Positions 51,461-63,390 of a DNA stretch of 64,000 nt are shown here, piece by piece. The notes under the pieces were generated by a model, which had not been told where the DNA came from, did not search any database, and saw only the letters and a list, made by a program, of their open reading frames with translations. This DNA comes from Octopus sinensis (lineage: Eukaryota): assembly GCF_006345805.1 (NCBI RefSeq), contig NC_043018.1, positions 20,026,001 through 20,090,000 of the forward strand, in the 5' to 3' direction. Position numbers and translations under genes: made by a program. Numbering within the stretch: the stretch's first letter is position 1; each line of letters opens with the position of its first letter.

Positions 51461-52065
51461 AGGCATTTACCTCGGATACCTCGCTTTGGGATTGAACCCA
51501 AAAATGCACGATTGCAATGCGAGGTGAAGCAGTAAAAATGTTCTACACTGTTTAATCCCATTGCTTCCTCCTGTGTTCAGAGTTTCAAATCTAACCAAAG
51601 TCGGTATAGCTTTCATCTGTTCACAGTTAATTAGTCAAGTCCTATTAATATTGAACTTTTATTGATTTTAATCAATCACACTAATCACAAATATTGATCC
51701 TAAGTCTGGTTAAACACAAATCATTAACATTCATTACTTTGAAGAAGATTTTTTTTGGCTTTTTGGATTTATTTCTGCTGGAAATTTCTTCTTCTGGCGT
51801 TGCTTTAATTACGAGCATGAAACAAAGAGTGAAAACACAAGAGGTTATTTTGTTAGAAATATGGAAATTTTGTGTGTGTGTGTGTGTGTGTGAGAGGTGT
51901 CATGTGTTTTTGAAGCAAGAATTTCCATGTGAGGAATTATCCAAGACAAATGGTTGTGCTGAAGAAAATAACAACTCTGGTTTCTTCCCAGCATTGTTTC
52001 ATTTTAATATTTAATTATTTCAGTGTTGTCTCTTTTACATCTATTAAAGTCTTGATATGTATTTT

Positions 52066-52097
<32 letters not shown>

Positions 52098-52239
52098 TAT
52101 TATTATCATCTTCATCATCATTATCATCATCATCATCATCTTAATAATCATCATAATAATCATCATTATCAGTAGCAACATAATGATGATCATCGTTATC
52201 ATCATCACTATCACCAACAATAACAGCTTTATTATTATC

Positions 52240-52530
52240 ACCATCCGAATCGTGGCCGAAGCCAGTGCCGCCTCGACTGGCTTCGTGCAGGTGGCACGTA
52301 AAATGCACCAATCCGACCGTGGCCAATGCCAGCCTCGCCTGGCACCAGTGCAGGTGGCACGTAAAAAAGCACCCACTACACTCACGGAGTGGTTGGCGTT
52401 AGGAAGGGCATCAAGCTGTAGAAACACTGCCCGATAAGACCGGAGCCTGGTGCAGCCTTCTGGCTTCCCAGATCCCCGGTCGAACCGTCCAACCCATGCT
52501 AGCATGGAGAACGGACGTTAAACGATGATG
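52240..52530 (+). mobile_element. Family D, two head units
   Basis: Family match. Confidence 0.88.
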
Positions 52531-52880
52531 ATGATCATCATCATCATCACCATCATCACCAACATCATCACCACCACTTCCACTTTTCCATGCTTGCTTG
52601 GATTGGACAGAGTTTATCGAAGTAGATCTTCTACAGCTGGATGCCCTTCCTGTCTCTAACCCTCATCTGTTTTCTAGACCAGGTAATATTTGCCCCCATG
52701 GCAAGACAGGTTTACTGCTGAATATTGGAAACGAATCACAACAAGGAGATGCACCCCCCCCCCACACACACACAAATATATATGAATTAATGCAGAAGTA
52801 GCTGAGTACACCACAGACATGTGCACCAGCCTTAATATAATTCTCGAACGGAACCTTTGCAACTTAGTATGTAACAAGGT

Positions 52881-53185
52881 GTGGAGGCACATGGCCTAGT
52901 GGTTAGAGCAGCGGACTCGCAGTCGAGGGATCATGGGTTCGAATCTCAGACCGGGCAATGTGTGTGTTTATGAGTGAAACACCTAAGCTCCACGTGGCTT
53001 CAGCAGAAGGTAATGGCGAACTTCTGCTGATTCTTTCGCCACAACTTTCTCTCACTCTTTCCTCCTGCATCTTGCAGCTCACCTGCAATGGACTGGTGTC
53101 CCCCGTCCAGGTGAGGAACCTATACACCAAGGAAACTGGGAAACCGGCCTTTATGAGCCAGGCATGGCTCGAGAAAGAGCAAACA
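52881..53185 (+). mobile_element. SINE with family B head/body and tail type 2, 12-bp TSD
   Basis: A box TGGCCTAGTGG, B box GGTTCGAATCTC; ATGTAACAAGGT at 52869-52880 and 53186-53197. Confidence 0.9.
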
Positions 53186-53933
53186 ATGTAACAAGGTTGT
53201 ACTTTTGAATCATAGGTAGAGTCTGACCATTAGGGATTCCTCACAGTTTCTGCCAACCATATTTTTCTCACAAAGCTCAGGCTGACCATTGTAAAAAATA
53301 TTGGGCCAAGGTGCCATCCTGTGGGATTGAACCAGCTGTTCTCATTGCTGCTATCAAGGCCACATATGGCCCTCAAGCATTCTTCTGGCAGCCCTTGTCA
53401 GTCTTCTCTGTATAAATATAATAATTTTTGTTTTATTCAACTGATTTTTAAATTTTTTTGGTGTGCCCCTCCCCTTAAAAAAAATTCAGGTTTTGGATCT
53501 GACCCATATATATTAAAATGGGTTGAGAACAACTGACATAGATATGGCAAAGCAAATTTTTTTTTAGCTTTTAGTGATATAAAAATAAATATTCATTCAA
53601 AGAGATAGGGAGATAAATTGAAGTAGAGGAAGATAGATGCGCAGACAAATGCTTCAGCAGACACACAGACAGATAAGATAAATTGATGTGTGTGTGTGTG
53701 TGTAATCCTTTAGATGTAAACTTGACTTATTTTTGAATGTCAGAGGCCCTAGTAGCAGCAAATAGTGAAATGTGCCTGAGATAAATGATAAGTGACATTG
53801 ACATGGATAGGGAAGGGCAACGGGCCCAGTTTCGCAAAGGTGAAACACTCTCTCAATGATAACCCATGATCATGCTCTCTCCTACAAATCTCAGGCCTTT
53901 ACCGTTTGATATTCAGACGTTGGGCACAGTATT

Positions 53934-54087
53934 TTTTGGCGTTAGGAAGGGCATCCAGCTGTAGAAACACTGCCAGATCTGACTGGCCTGGTGCAGCCTT
54001 CGGGCTTGCCAGACCCCAGTTGCACCGTCCAACCCATGCTAGCATGGAAAGCGGACGTTAAACGATGATGATGATGATGATGATGAT
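53934..54087 (+). mobile_element. Family D, 5'-truncated (no head unit)
   Basis: Starts at TTGGCGTTAGGAAGGGCATCC. Confidence 0.88.
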
Positions 54088-55070
54088 TACTCTGTATTCA
54101 CATTGTTTTGAATAGCCCCAGCATGGCCACAGTCTAATCTCTGAAATGAGTAAAAGATAAAAGATGAATGCTGTATGGAATAAACCACGCTTAAATAACC
54201 GGATCGTGTTTTCATTTGATTGGCCCTTTCGTTAAAATTTACATGCGGGGAGCCAGTTGAAGGGTCAACCAAACGAGCTGTGTGAATAAAACTGAATTGG
54301 GACAGATCAATTTAGCCTCTGATATGCAAAGAGATGAATGTCATGGCTGGAGGGCTTTCATTGTTGGTCTGTCCACTTGCAGCTAAAGCATGGTGACACA
54401 TGACACAACTCTTTCCGCACCACGAGGAATCATCCACTTCAATGGCCCTCAAGTATTCCTCTCAGGTTTGTAAACCCCACGTGTTTAATCGTATTTACCT
54501 CCTCACGTCCATGCAAAAATAAGTGCTCAACAATCACTACGTGTCAAAACACAGATCACTGCTACAATACTTTCAGCATTTGTCCTTATTTACCTCCGTC
54601 TTTTATCATTTACCTGTTTCGGTCAATAGACTGTGGCCATGCTGGGGCACTGCCTTCAAGAGTTTTAGTCAAACAAATCGACCTTGGTCCTTATTTTTTT
54701 TTCAGCCTGATACTGATTCTATCATTCTCTTTCACTGAACTGCTAAGTTATGGCGACATGAACACACCAACACTAATTGTTGGTTGGTGGTTGGGGATAA
54801 ACACAGAGACAAACACACACAAGCACACAAACACACGCATGCATGCATATAATACTGACTTCTTTCAGTTTCCATCTGCCAAATCCATCCACAATGCTTT
54901 GGTCAGACAGAGGCTATAGTAGAAGTCACTTGCCCAAGGTGCCATTCAGTAGCACTAAAACTGGAACGATGTGGTAGAGAAACAACCTTCTTACCACACA
55001 GCCATATAAACATATACATTAAATGTTACATTACTACAAAAGCCACTTTATTGACAATATGCTACATTTC

Positions 55071-55240
55071 AGATAGCATGTTAGCACCAACATGCATAAA
55101 TATGTTGGTGCTCGTATGTCCTTGTTCTGACTACTGTCTTTAAGATAGCATGTTAGCACCAACATGCATACAAATATTGGTGCTAGTATGTCCTTGTTCT
55201 GACTGTTATCTTTAAGGTAGCATGTTAGTACCAATAATCA
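55071..55240. repeat. 72-bp tandem repeat x2.3, each unit a hairpin
   Basis: Units at 55071, 55143 and 55215; AGCACCAACAT/ATGTTGGTGCT stem. Confidence 0.9.
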
Positions 55241-55310
55241 TACATACATATATATATGTGTATATATATATGTGTATATATATATATATGTGTATATATA
55301 TATATATGTG

Positions 55311-55363
<53 letters not shown>

Positions 55364-55540
55364 GTACATGCAGTTCTCATTAATATGGTGGGTTAGAGTG
55401 TTTCTACACCCAGACAGATGTCCTAAACAATAGAAAACCAGACACATTGTCATATATTTATAATGTTACATTGACTAAAAAAAAAAGAGCAAATCCAATT
55501 TTTTTCAATAGATAACATACACACGTGTGAGGACTTATGA

Positions 55541-55584
<44 letters not shown>

Positions 55585-56059
55585 TCATCATCATCATTTG
55601 ATGATATATATATATAAAGAAAGAAAGAAAGAAAGAAAGAGCATTATAAAGATACATGTATTTACAGACATATATATATATATTATATATATATATATAT
55701 ATGCATATGTATAAGTATGTATGTATGTATGTTTTAGATATATGTGTTAATAAATTATAAATGCCGCCTGTCATTGAATTAGATATGTAAAGACAGGTGG
55801 AGAGGAATGTCTGTCTTGGAGGTTGCCCTCAACCATAATAAAATTCTATAAATCTCTCTGCTTCACCATTTTTGCTTTATTGCTCTCTCTCTCTCTCATA
55901 CTTTCTCTTTCCTTCTCTGTCTTTCTACCTATTTCCTCTCTCTCTTCATCTCATTTCTCTGTCTATCCGGCTCATATTCTATAGCATACACATACATAAA
56001 ATATACTTACAGACACACACACACACACACACAGGTTCAGTGTAGTATAACTCTACTAG

Positions 56060-56910
56060 CTACTAATGACCACAACTACCACCACCACACCACCACCATC
56101 ACTACCATCATCATCATTACCACCACCACCACTACCACCATCACTACCACCACTATCTCCACCACCCCCACAAACACCACTATCCCTACCATCATCATCA
56201 TCACCACCACCATCACCACCACCACCACCACTATCTCCACCATCACTACCACTACCACCCAAACACCACCACTGCCGTCACCACCACCACCACCACAAAC
56301 ACCACCATCACAACCATCATCATCATCACCACCACCATCACCACCACCACCACACCACCACCACCACTGCTATCACTTCCTCTACCACCACCACCACCAC
56401 TATCTCCACCATCACCTCCACTACTATCACCACTACCACCCAAACACCACCACTGCCGTCACCACCACCACCACCACAAACACCACCATCACTACCATCA
56501 TCATCACCACCACCATCACCACCACCACCACCACTATCTCCAACATCACTACCACTACCACCCAAACACCACCACTGCCGTCACCACCACCACCACCACA
56601 AACACCACCATCACAACCATCATCATCATCACCACCACCATCACCACCACCACCACCACCACTGCTATCACTTCCTCTACCACCACCACCACCACTATCT
56701 CCACCATCACCTCCACTACTATCACCACTACCACCCAAATACCACCACTGCTGTCACCACCACCACCACCACCACCACAAACACCACCATCATCATCATT
56801 ATCATCATCACCACCACCACCACCACCACTATCTCCACCATCACCTCCACTACTATCACCACTACCACCCAAACACCACCACCACTGCCACCACCACCAC
56901 CACCTCCACC
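56060..56910. repeat. (CAC/CAT)n array with 120-180-bp higher-order blocks
   Basis: CCCAAA(C/T)ACCACC..ACTGC marker at 56258, 56439, 56561, 56734 and 56868. Confidence 0.92.
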
Positions 56911-57349
56911 ATGCAGTTATCATTTCATCAGCTCCCCTATTTCCATAAATATAAATGATGAAATAGTCCTGCAGGCACTTTTATTTCATTGACCTAGATA
57001 TACGTAGAGCATCACCATGTCTTACCACATGTAAATGATGCAATGAGGCAGGGCCTCTGTGTGGCTACTTGACCTGCTTGAAATAACAGCCAAATTTACT
57101 TTCTGTCTTTTTTTGCTTCTTTAGAAATGCTACACTGGACAACAGAGTCTTTGATTCTGCCACCTCGCTGCTTTAATAATAATAACAATCCTTTCTGTTG
57201 GAAGCACAAGGCCTCAAGTTTGGCGGTAAGGGATTAAGTAGATTACATTGACCCCAGTGCGTAACTAGTATTTATTTAATCAGTTCTGAAAGGATTAAAG
57301 GCAAAGTCGACCTCAGCAGAATTTGAACTCAGAATATAGTGACAGATGA

Positions 57350-57966
57350 TGCCAGCCTTCACGGCCGTTGCCAGCATCGCCTGGCCCCTGTGCTGGTGGC
57401 ACGTAAAAAGCACCATCCGCATCGTGGCCGTTTGCCAGCCTCGTCTGGCACCTGTGCCGGTGGCACGTAAAAAGCACCATCCGCATCGTGGCCGTTTGCC
57501 AGCCTCGTCTGGCACCTGTGCCGGTGGCACGTAAAAAGCACCATCCGCATCGTGGCCGTTTGCCAGCCTCGTCTGGCACCTGTGCCGGTGGCACGTAAAA
57601 AGCACCATCCGCATCGTGGCCGTTTGCCAGCCTCGTCTGGCACCTGTGCCGGTGGCACGTAAAAAGCACCATCCGCATCGTGGCCGTTTGCCAGCCTCGT
57701 CTGGCCCCTGTGCTGGTGGCACGTAAAAAGCACCATCCGCATCGTGGCCGTTTGCCAGCCTCGTCTGGCACCTGTGCCGGTGGCACGTAAAAAGCACCCA
57801 CTACACTCATGGAGTGGTTGGCATTAGGAATGGCATCCAGCCGTAAAAACATTGCCAGATCAGACTGGGCCTGGTGCAACCTTCTGGCTTCCCAGACCCC
57901 AGTTGAACCGTCCAACCCATGCTAGCATGGAAAGCGGGTGCTAAACGAAGATGATGATGATGATGA
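57350..57966 (+). mobile_element. Family D with six tandem 64-bp head units
   Basis: Units 57413-57796 with exact 64-bp period, plus a variant partial unit at 57359-57412. Confidence 0.92.
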
Positions 57967-58004
57967 TTTTGCCCAACCTGCTAACGATACTGCCACCTCA
58001 CTGC

Positions 58005-58041
<37 letters not shown>

Positions 58042-58043
<2 letters not shown>

Positions 58044-58597
58044 GATGCAGTACCAGGCAGTGGCTCTCATGGCTTCTGATCTTAACTGATTGGAAGCGTT
58101 ATCATGTCCATTGTTTTGTCTTGGTAAAAAAGATGGACTACAGCAAATATTCTGCTCAATACCACAGATTTGCTTGTCACTTGTTTGACCTTAACCAGTT
58201 GAGCATGTCCCTTGGTGGCTGACAATATGTGCATCTCTGATCACGAGCAGAAGTAGTGGGGGACCATCATAGCCATGTGTTGAGTGGGATTCTTTGGGTT
58301 TTGAATAATTCACCTTTGGAAGCATGGGTGGTTCGTTCAACATCCTTAAAACAAACCTTATTCAGGGACCTTTTGAGCGGGATGGGTTACTCGACCAAGA
58401 AGAAAATTCTAACTGGGCCCCACCTGCAAGGTCATGAGCTGTTTACCTTGATATGAGATCACCATGTCGCGCACATATGGTTGTGATGCATGTGCCTGAT
58501 GTACCCTTATCAGACGGGTAGTCATGATGGGTATACTGGGCTCCGTATATTTGTACCCTAGTGTCACTTTGATGGCATGCACTGTTCTCTCACTCAG
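58042..58597 (+). mobile_element. Family E, near full length, between (AAT)n arrays
   Basis: CTGATGCAGTACCAGGCAGTGG ... GGCATGCACTGTTCTCTCACTCAG; AAT arrays on both sides. Confidence 0.88.
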
Positions 58598-58607
58598 TAA
58601 TAATAAC

Positions 58608-58638
<31 letters not shown>

Positions 58639-60458
58639 GTAATAGTAATAGTAATAATAATAATAATAATATGATAATCCTTTCTGCTCTTGCTACAAGG
58701 CCTGAAATTTTGGAAGGAAGCAAGGGTGGGGGTAGTCAATTACATCGACCACAGTACTTGACTTGTACTTTATTTTATTAACCCCCTAATGGAAGAAAGG
58801 CAAAGTTGACCTAGGCAGGATTTGAACTCGGAACGTAAAGAGCCTGAAGATATGCTGCCAAGCATTTTGTCCAATATGCTAATGACTCTGCTCGTTAACT
58901 ATTAATTACAACAACCTGCATCCTGGTTACAGTTTACTGAAATTGTGCCTCGGTGATTTGGGTTTAAACTAACACTGACAATTCTGATGCAAATTTCCTT
59001 CCATATTTTTTTTTCCCCTTTTTTTATTCCATTTTAATATTTGCAAGTTGATAAAACTGACACTGAAAGATCAAGTGAAGTGAGGGAGTTGGAGGGTTAC
59101 TGAATTTCAATTAGGGGTTGGTTTCATGCTTTAGGGGATTTGTTTATTTATTTATTTTTTAATTAATTTATTTATTTTTTATTATTCAGTTCTGTTTTAT
59201 ATGATTGAATTTCAATTACTATTAAACGGATTTTTAAATTTAATTCTCCTCACCTCTACCTAATAGAAATATCATAAACTTAAAAAAAAAAAAATAACAT
59301 AAATAAACTAAAAAAAACTGTAGGAATTCAGCAACAGAATATTACGACCAACCCTTGTGCTACCAACAACACCTTCATAATGCTTTCTATTCATAAACTT
59401 TGGTTGTTCCTCACCTTTCGCCAGGTGACCTAGTTGAAGAACCAGCCATGAGCCAGCCTTTTAGCGAACTATAGTGTCCCTATTAAGGTGTTTAACTTGT
59501 TAGAAATAACAGCCAAATTGTTTCCTAGGTGCAGGCATGGCTCTGCAGTTAAGATGTGTATTTCCTGACCACATGGTTTCAGGGTCAGACCCACTGCTGT
59601 GTGGAACCTTGGGTAAGTGTCTTCTACATGGCCCTGAACCAACCGAAATCTTAGGACTGAATTTGGTAGATGGAAACTGTATGGAAGCCTGGCTAGGCTT
59701 TAAAAGGGCACATTTAGATTTTTTTAATTATTAATTTCAGGTAAGGTTGGCATGCCACTCTAATGCCCTCACTTCCAGTGGGAAAGTTGTCTCCCTCATA
59801 AGTACATAGAATATATACTTTTGTGGATAAAGTGTCTTTGACTCTTATTTCTAGCAATGCTGGTTCTTTCTGCACCCTTGCTCACTTATAGTGATGGTAA
59901 ATTATTTCCTTTTTGGTTTTATATATGTATGTATTTATGTGTTGTCTCCCACCCTTTGCCATCGCTTGACAACCAACACTGGTGTGTTTACATGCCTGTA
60001 ACTTAGCAGTTTGGCAAAAGAGAATGATAGAATAAGTGCCAGATTTAAAAAAAAAAAAAAAAGAAAGACGCACTCGGGGTCGATTTCTTCAACAAAAACC
60101 CTTTAAGGTCATGCTCCAGCATGGCCGCAACCAACTGACCGAATCGAGTAAGAATAAAAGAATAAGATGGTTGTCAGTCTTGTTCAATTTGACCACTTGT
60201 GTTCTGTGAGCCACACAACATTCTTTCTCTTGTAGACCTGGTGTTGTATTCGTTGTAAGTAAATTTCATTTTACTTAAGGCACAGATTAAAGCATTTTCA
60301 AAATCTTGTCGCAATTTTCCTAATAGTTCTTTTCTGTTTTCATTTTTCTGTTTTTTAACAGAAAAGTTTTAAAGTTTTCCACTGTAAATTGTTATTTTGG
60401 ATGTTTAAATTTTAATCTTGAGACCTAATCTTTTACCTCGAGCAAACATATACATTTA

Positions 60459-60489
<31 letters not shown>

Positions 60490-61238
60490 AGTATGCAGCT
60501 GTCTACAATAAATAATTACAATCTTCAATAATTTGCATCAAATATTTTTTTTTCATTTATAAAACAAGAAACATATACATTATATATATATAATGATCAT
60601 ACACATACACACACACACACACACATATGCATATATGTGTTTGTATTTATGTATGCTATGTGCAACAGAAACAGTATTAGTTTGAAGCAGTAATCTGTGT
60701 ATCATACTTAAAATTATGCTTTCTATGATGTATTTGCTTTAAGTATGATATACAGATTGCTATACATACATATATACAAACATACATAGATACATACATA
60801 TATATATATGATGATGGGAAGATTATGCAGTCAAGACCAAAGTAGAGGCTGATTGTGACTAGCGGTGTATAACAGCATCTGATGGTCTGGTCAGTATTGT
60901 GATATATATGTGTATATATATGTGTATATATATATATGTGTGTGTATACATAAAATGATGCAAAGACAAATTCACACTCACACAGAGTCTCTTCTTATCT
61001 CCTTCCTCTTCTTCCCCTTTTCTCCCCTTCCTCCAACCTCTCTGTCTGTCTCTCTCTCTCTCTCTCTCCTATCAAGGAAGACAGGAACAGAAACGAAAAC
61101 AAGACATTGTTTAAAATATATTTATCATAAATTCCAACAATAAATATGCAAAAAATAAACTTAAAACTACTCAGACACTCAACAAAAGAACATCTTATTA
61201 GCTATGTCATCATCATCATCATTATCATGTTACTTTTG

Positions 61239-61276
<38 letters not shown>

Positions 61277-61278
61277 GT

Positions 61279-61493
61279 TAAGGCAGCAAGCTGGCAGAAT
61301 CTTGAGCATGGTGGGCGAAATACTTAGCGGTATTTCGTCTGGTGTTACATTCTGAGTTCAAATTCTGCCAAGGTCAACTTTGCCTTTCATCCATTTGGGG
61401 TCGATAAATTAAGTACCTGTTACACACTGGGTTCGATGTAATCAACTAGTCTCCTCCCCACAAATTTCAGGCTTTGTGCCTATTGTAGAAAAG

Positions 61494-61496
<3 letters not shown>
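61279..61496 (+). mobile_element. SINE family C in (ATT)n
   Basis: Family match; further copies at 62205-62401 and 62423-62638 (+), 57187-57345 and 58676-58895 (-). Confidence 0.88.
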
Positions 61497-61540
<44 letters not shown>

Positions 61541-61853
61541 CTTTTTTTTTTCTTCTTTCAAATTTACTTCCATTTCTTGCCGAGTGTCTTCCCGACTCCT
61601 CGGGCAAAGAAACTCATAGTATACATTAGTAGGTCATTAAACTAAACTCACTAGTTCATTCATTTTTTTTTAAAGTTAAATTAAAATACATGGGTAGTAA
61701 TAGTTCTCACATCAACAATGCTCTTCTCAATACGTTAAGACAATCTTTTGCACTTCTTGCAGGGATGGTAAGCCAGGGATCATTCTCATATAATTTTCGG
61801 TTCCCTTCTTGATCATTCCTAGTGCTCCTACGATCATTGGTATTGTAACCGCC

Positions 61854-61855
<2 letters not shown>
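61541..61855 (-). pseudogene. R4/Dong-like non-LTR retrotransposon 3' end (RLE C-terminus plus 3' UTR)
   Basis: KAVTIPMIVGALGMIKKGTENYMRMIPGLPSLQEVQKIVL..(fs)VLRRALLM*; matches xVPxVxGALG..xxQKxxLxGTxxILRxxL; AAT arrays on both sides. Confidence 0.85.
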
Positions 61856-61888
<33 letters not shown>

Positions 61889-62173
61889 TGATGAAAACAA
61901 ACAGCTTATTTTGCTGGGTATGATGAAAAGTGTCAGCTGTCCACAGCCAGCAGACTAAGGTGAAACTTGTTTTACTGGTCATGCTTCAAGAACCCTGCAA
62001 AGAATTCTTGCAGTTCCAAGCAATGCTTTGATCTTTGTAGGTGTTCTACCTTCACACTTACCCCAATCTTTTTCAGCCATGTTGGTAGCTGAGTGCTGAT
62101 ACTTCTAAGTGCACCAATTACCATTGGTATCACGTCTACCCTCCTTATTGACCACAACCTTTGGATTTCCCGC

Positions 62174-62176
<3 letters not shown>
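61889..62176 (-). pseudogene. Second, different R4/Dong-like 3' end
   Basis: KREIQRLWSIRRVDVIPMVIGALRSISTQLPTWLKKIGVSVKVEHLQRS(fs)ALLGTARILCRVLEA*; AAT arrays on both sides. Confidence 0.88.
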
Positions 62177-62206
<30 letters not shown>

Positions 62207-62635
62207 CCACACCGGGCAAAATGCTTATCGGTATTCTGCCCATTGCAACGCCCTAAGTTCAAATTCTGCCAGGGTCAACTTTGCCTTTCATCCTTTTTGG
62301 CGGTCGATAAATTAAGTACCAGTTGTGTACTGGTGTCGATCTAATTGACCGGCCCCCTTTCCCCCTAAAATTTCAGGCCTTGTGCCTGGAGTAGAAAGGA
62401 TGATTATTATTATTATTTTTATCAAAGGCAGCGAGCTGGCAGAATTGTTTGCAAGGTGGATGAAATGCTGCGGCGACATCCTGAGTTCAAATCCTGCTGA
62501 AGTCGGCTTTGCCTTTCATCCTTTCTGGGTCGATAAAAGTAGTACCAGTTAAACACTGGGGATTGGGGGTGGTCGATGTAATCAATTCATCCCCTCCACA
62601 CAAAAATTGCTCACCTTGAGGCAAAAAATTGAAAC

Positions 62636-62637
<2 letters not shown>

Positions 62638-62692
<55 letters not shown>

Positions 62693-63330
62693 CATTATCA
62701 TCATTATTATTATTATTATTATTTGGTTATTATGTTATTATTCGTATTAATTACTTCACAATTCTTCATATACTTCTATAATCTGGCTTAAACCATTCCT
62801 CTTCTTCTCCATCTCCACCCGTCCCCTAGAATAAGCATTATCATTATCATTATTGTTATTATTATTATTATTATTATTGTTATTATTATTATTGCATCAT
62901 CTTTGACTCCGTTCCCACAGATCCTGAAATGTCGACTGCCGTCTTATCAACTCATACATTATACCACCAGACATTTTGCAAAAAAAAAAAAAAAAGACAA
63001 AAAAGAACAAAGAAAGAAAAAGACCCTTCCAAAAAACACAACCAAAAACACAGTTTTGGTGTCGTTTTGTTGTGACATCAGTTCTGCTGCTCTTTCTCAA
63101 TTACTATCATTATTATTATTATTATCATCATTATTATTATTATTATTATTACTATTATTATTATTATTATTATTATTGTTATTACTATTATTACTGTTAT
63201 TATTACTGTTATTATTATTATTATTATTATTACTATTATTATTATTATTATTATTACTATTATTACTATTATTTTATTATTATTATTATTATTATTACTA
63301 TTATTACTGTTATTATATTATTATTATTAC

Positions 63331-63390
<60 letters not shown>

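Noticed and set aside
55082-55089. miR-29/285-like 5' end TAGCACCA
   Set aside because: Only 8 nt match, and a mature sequence starting there would span the hairpin loop.
56066-56992. 308-aa Thr/Pro/His ORF
   Set aside because: Entirely (CAC/CAT)n array; stop-free by composition.
57276-57915. 127-200-aa repetitive ORFs; CRISPR-like appearance of the 64-bp array
   Set aside because: The 64-bp period shifts frame each unit and there are no unique spacers; it is the head of a family D retroelement.
58238-58264. U1 snRNA-like words in family E (TGATCACGA; GTAGTGGGGGAC)
   Set aside because: Two short matches that are over 100 nt apart in U1 but 6 nt apart here; not preserved in the other copies; compatible with chance.
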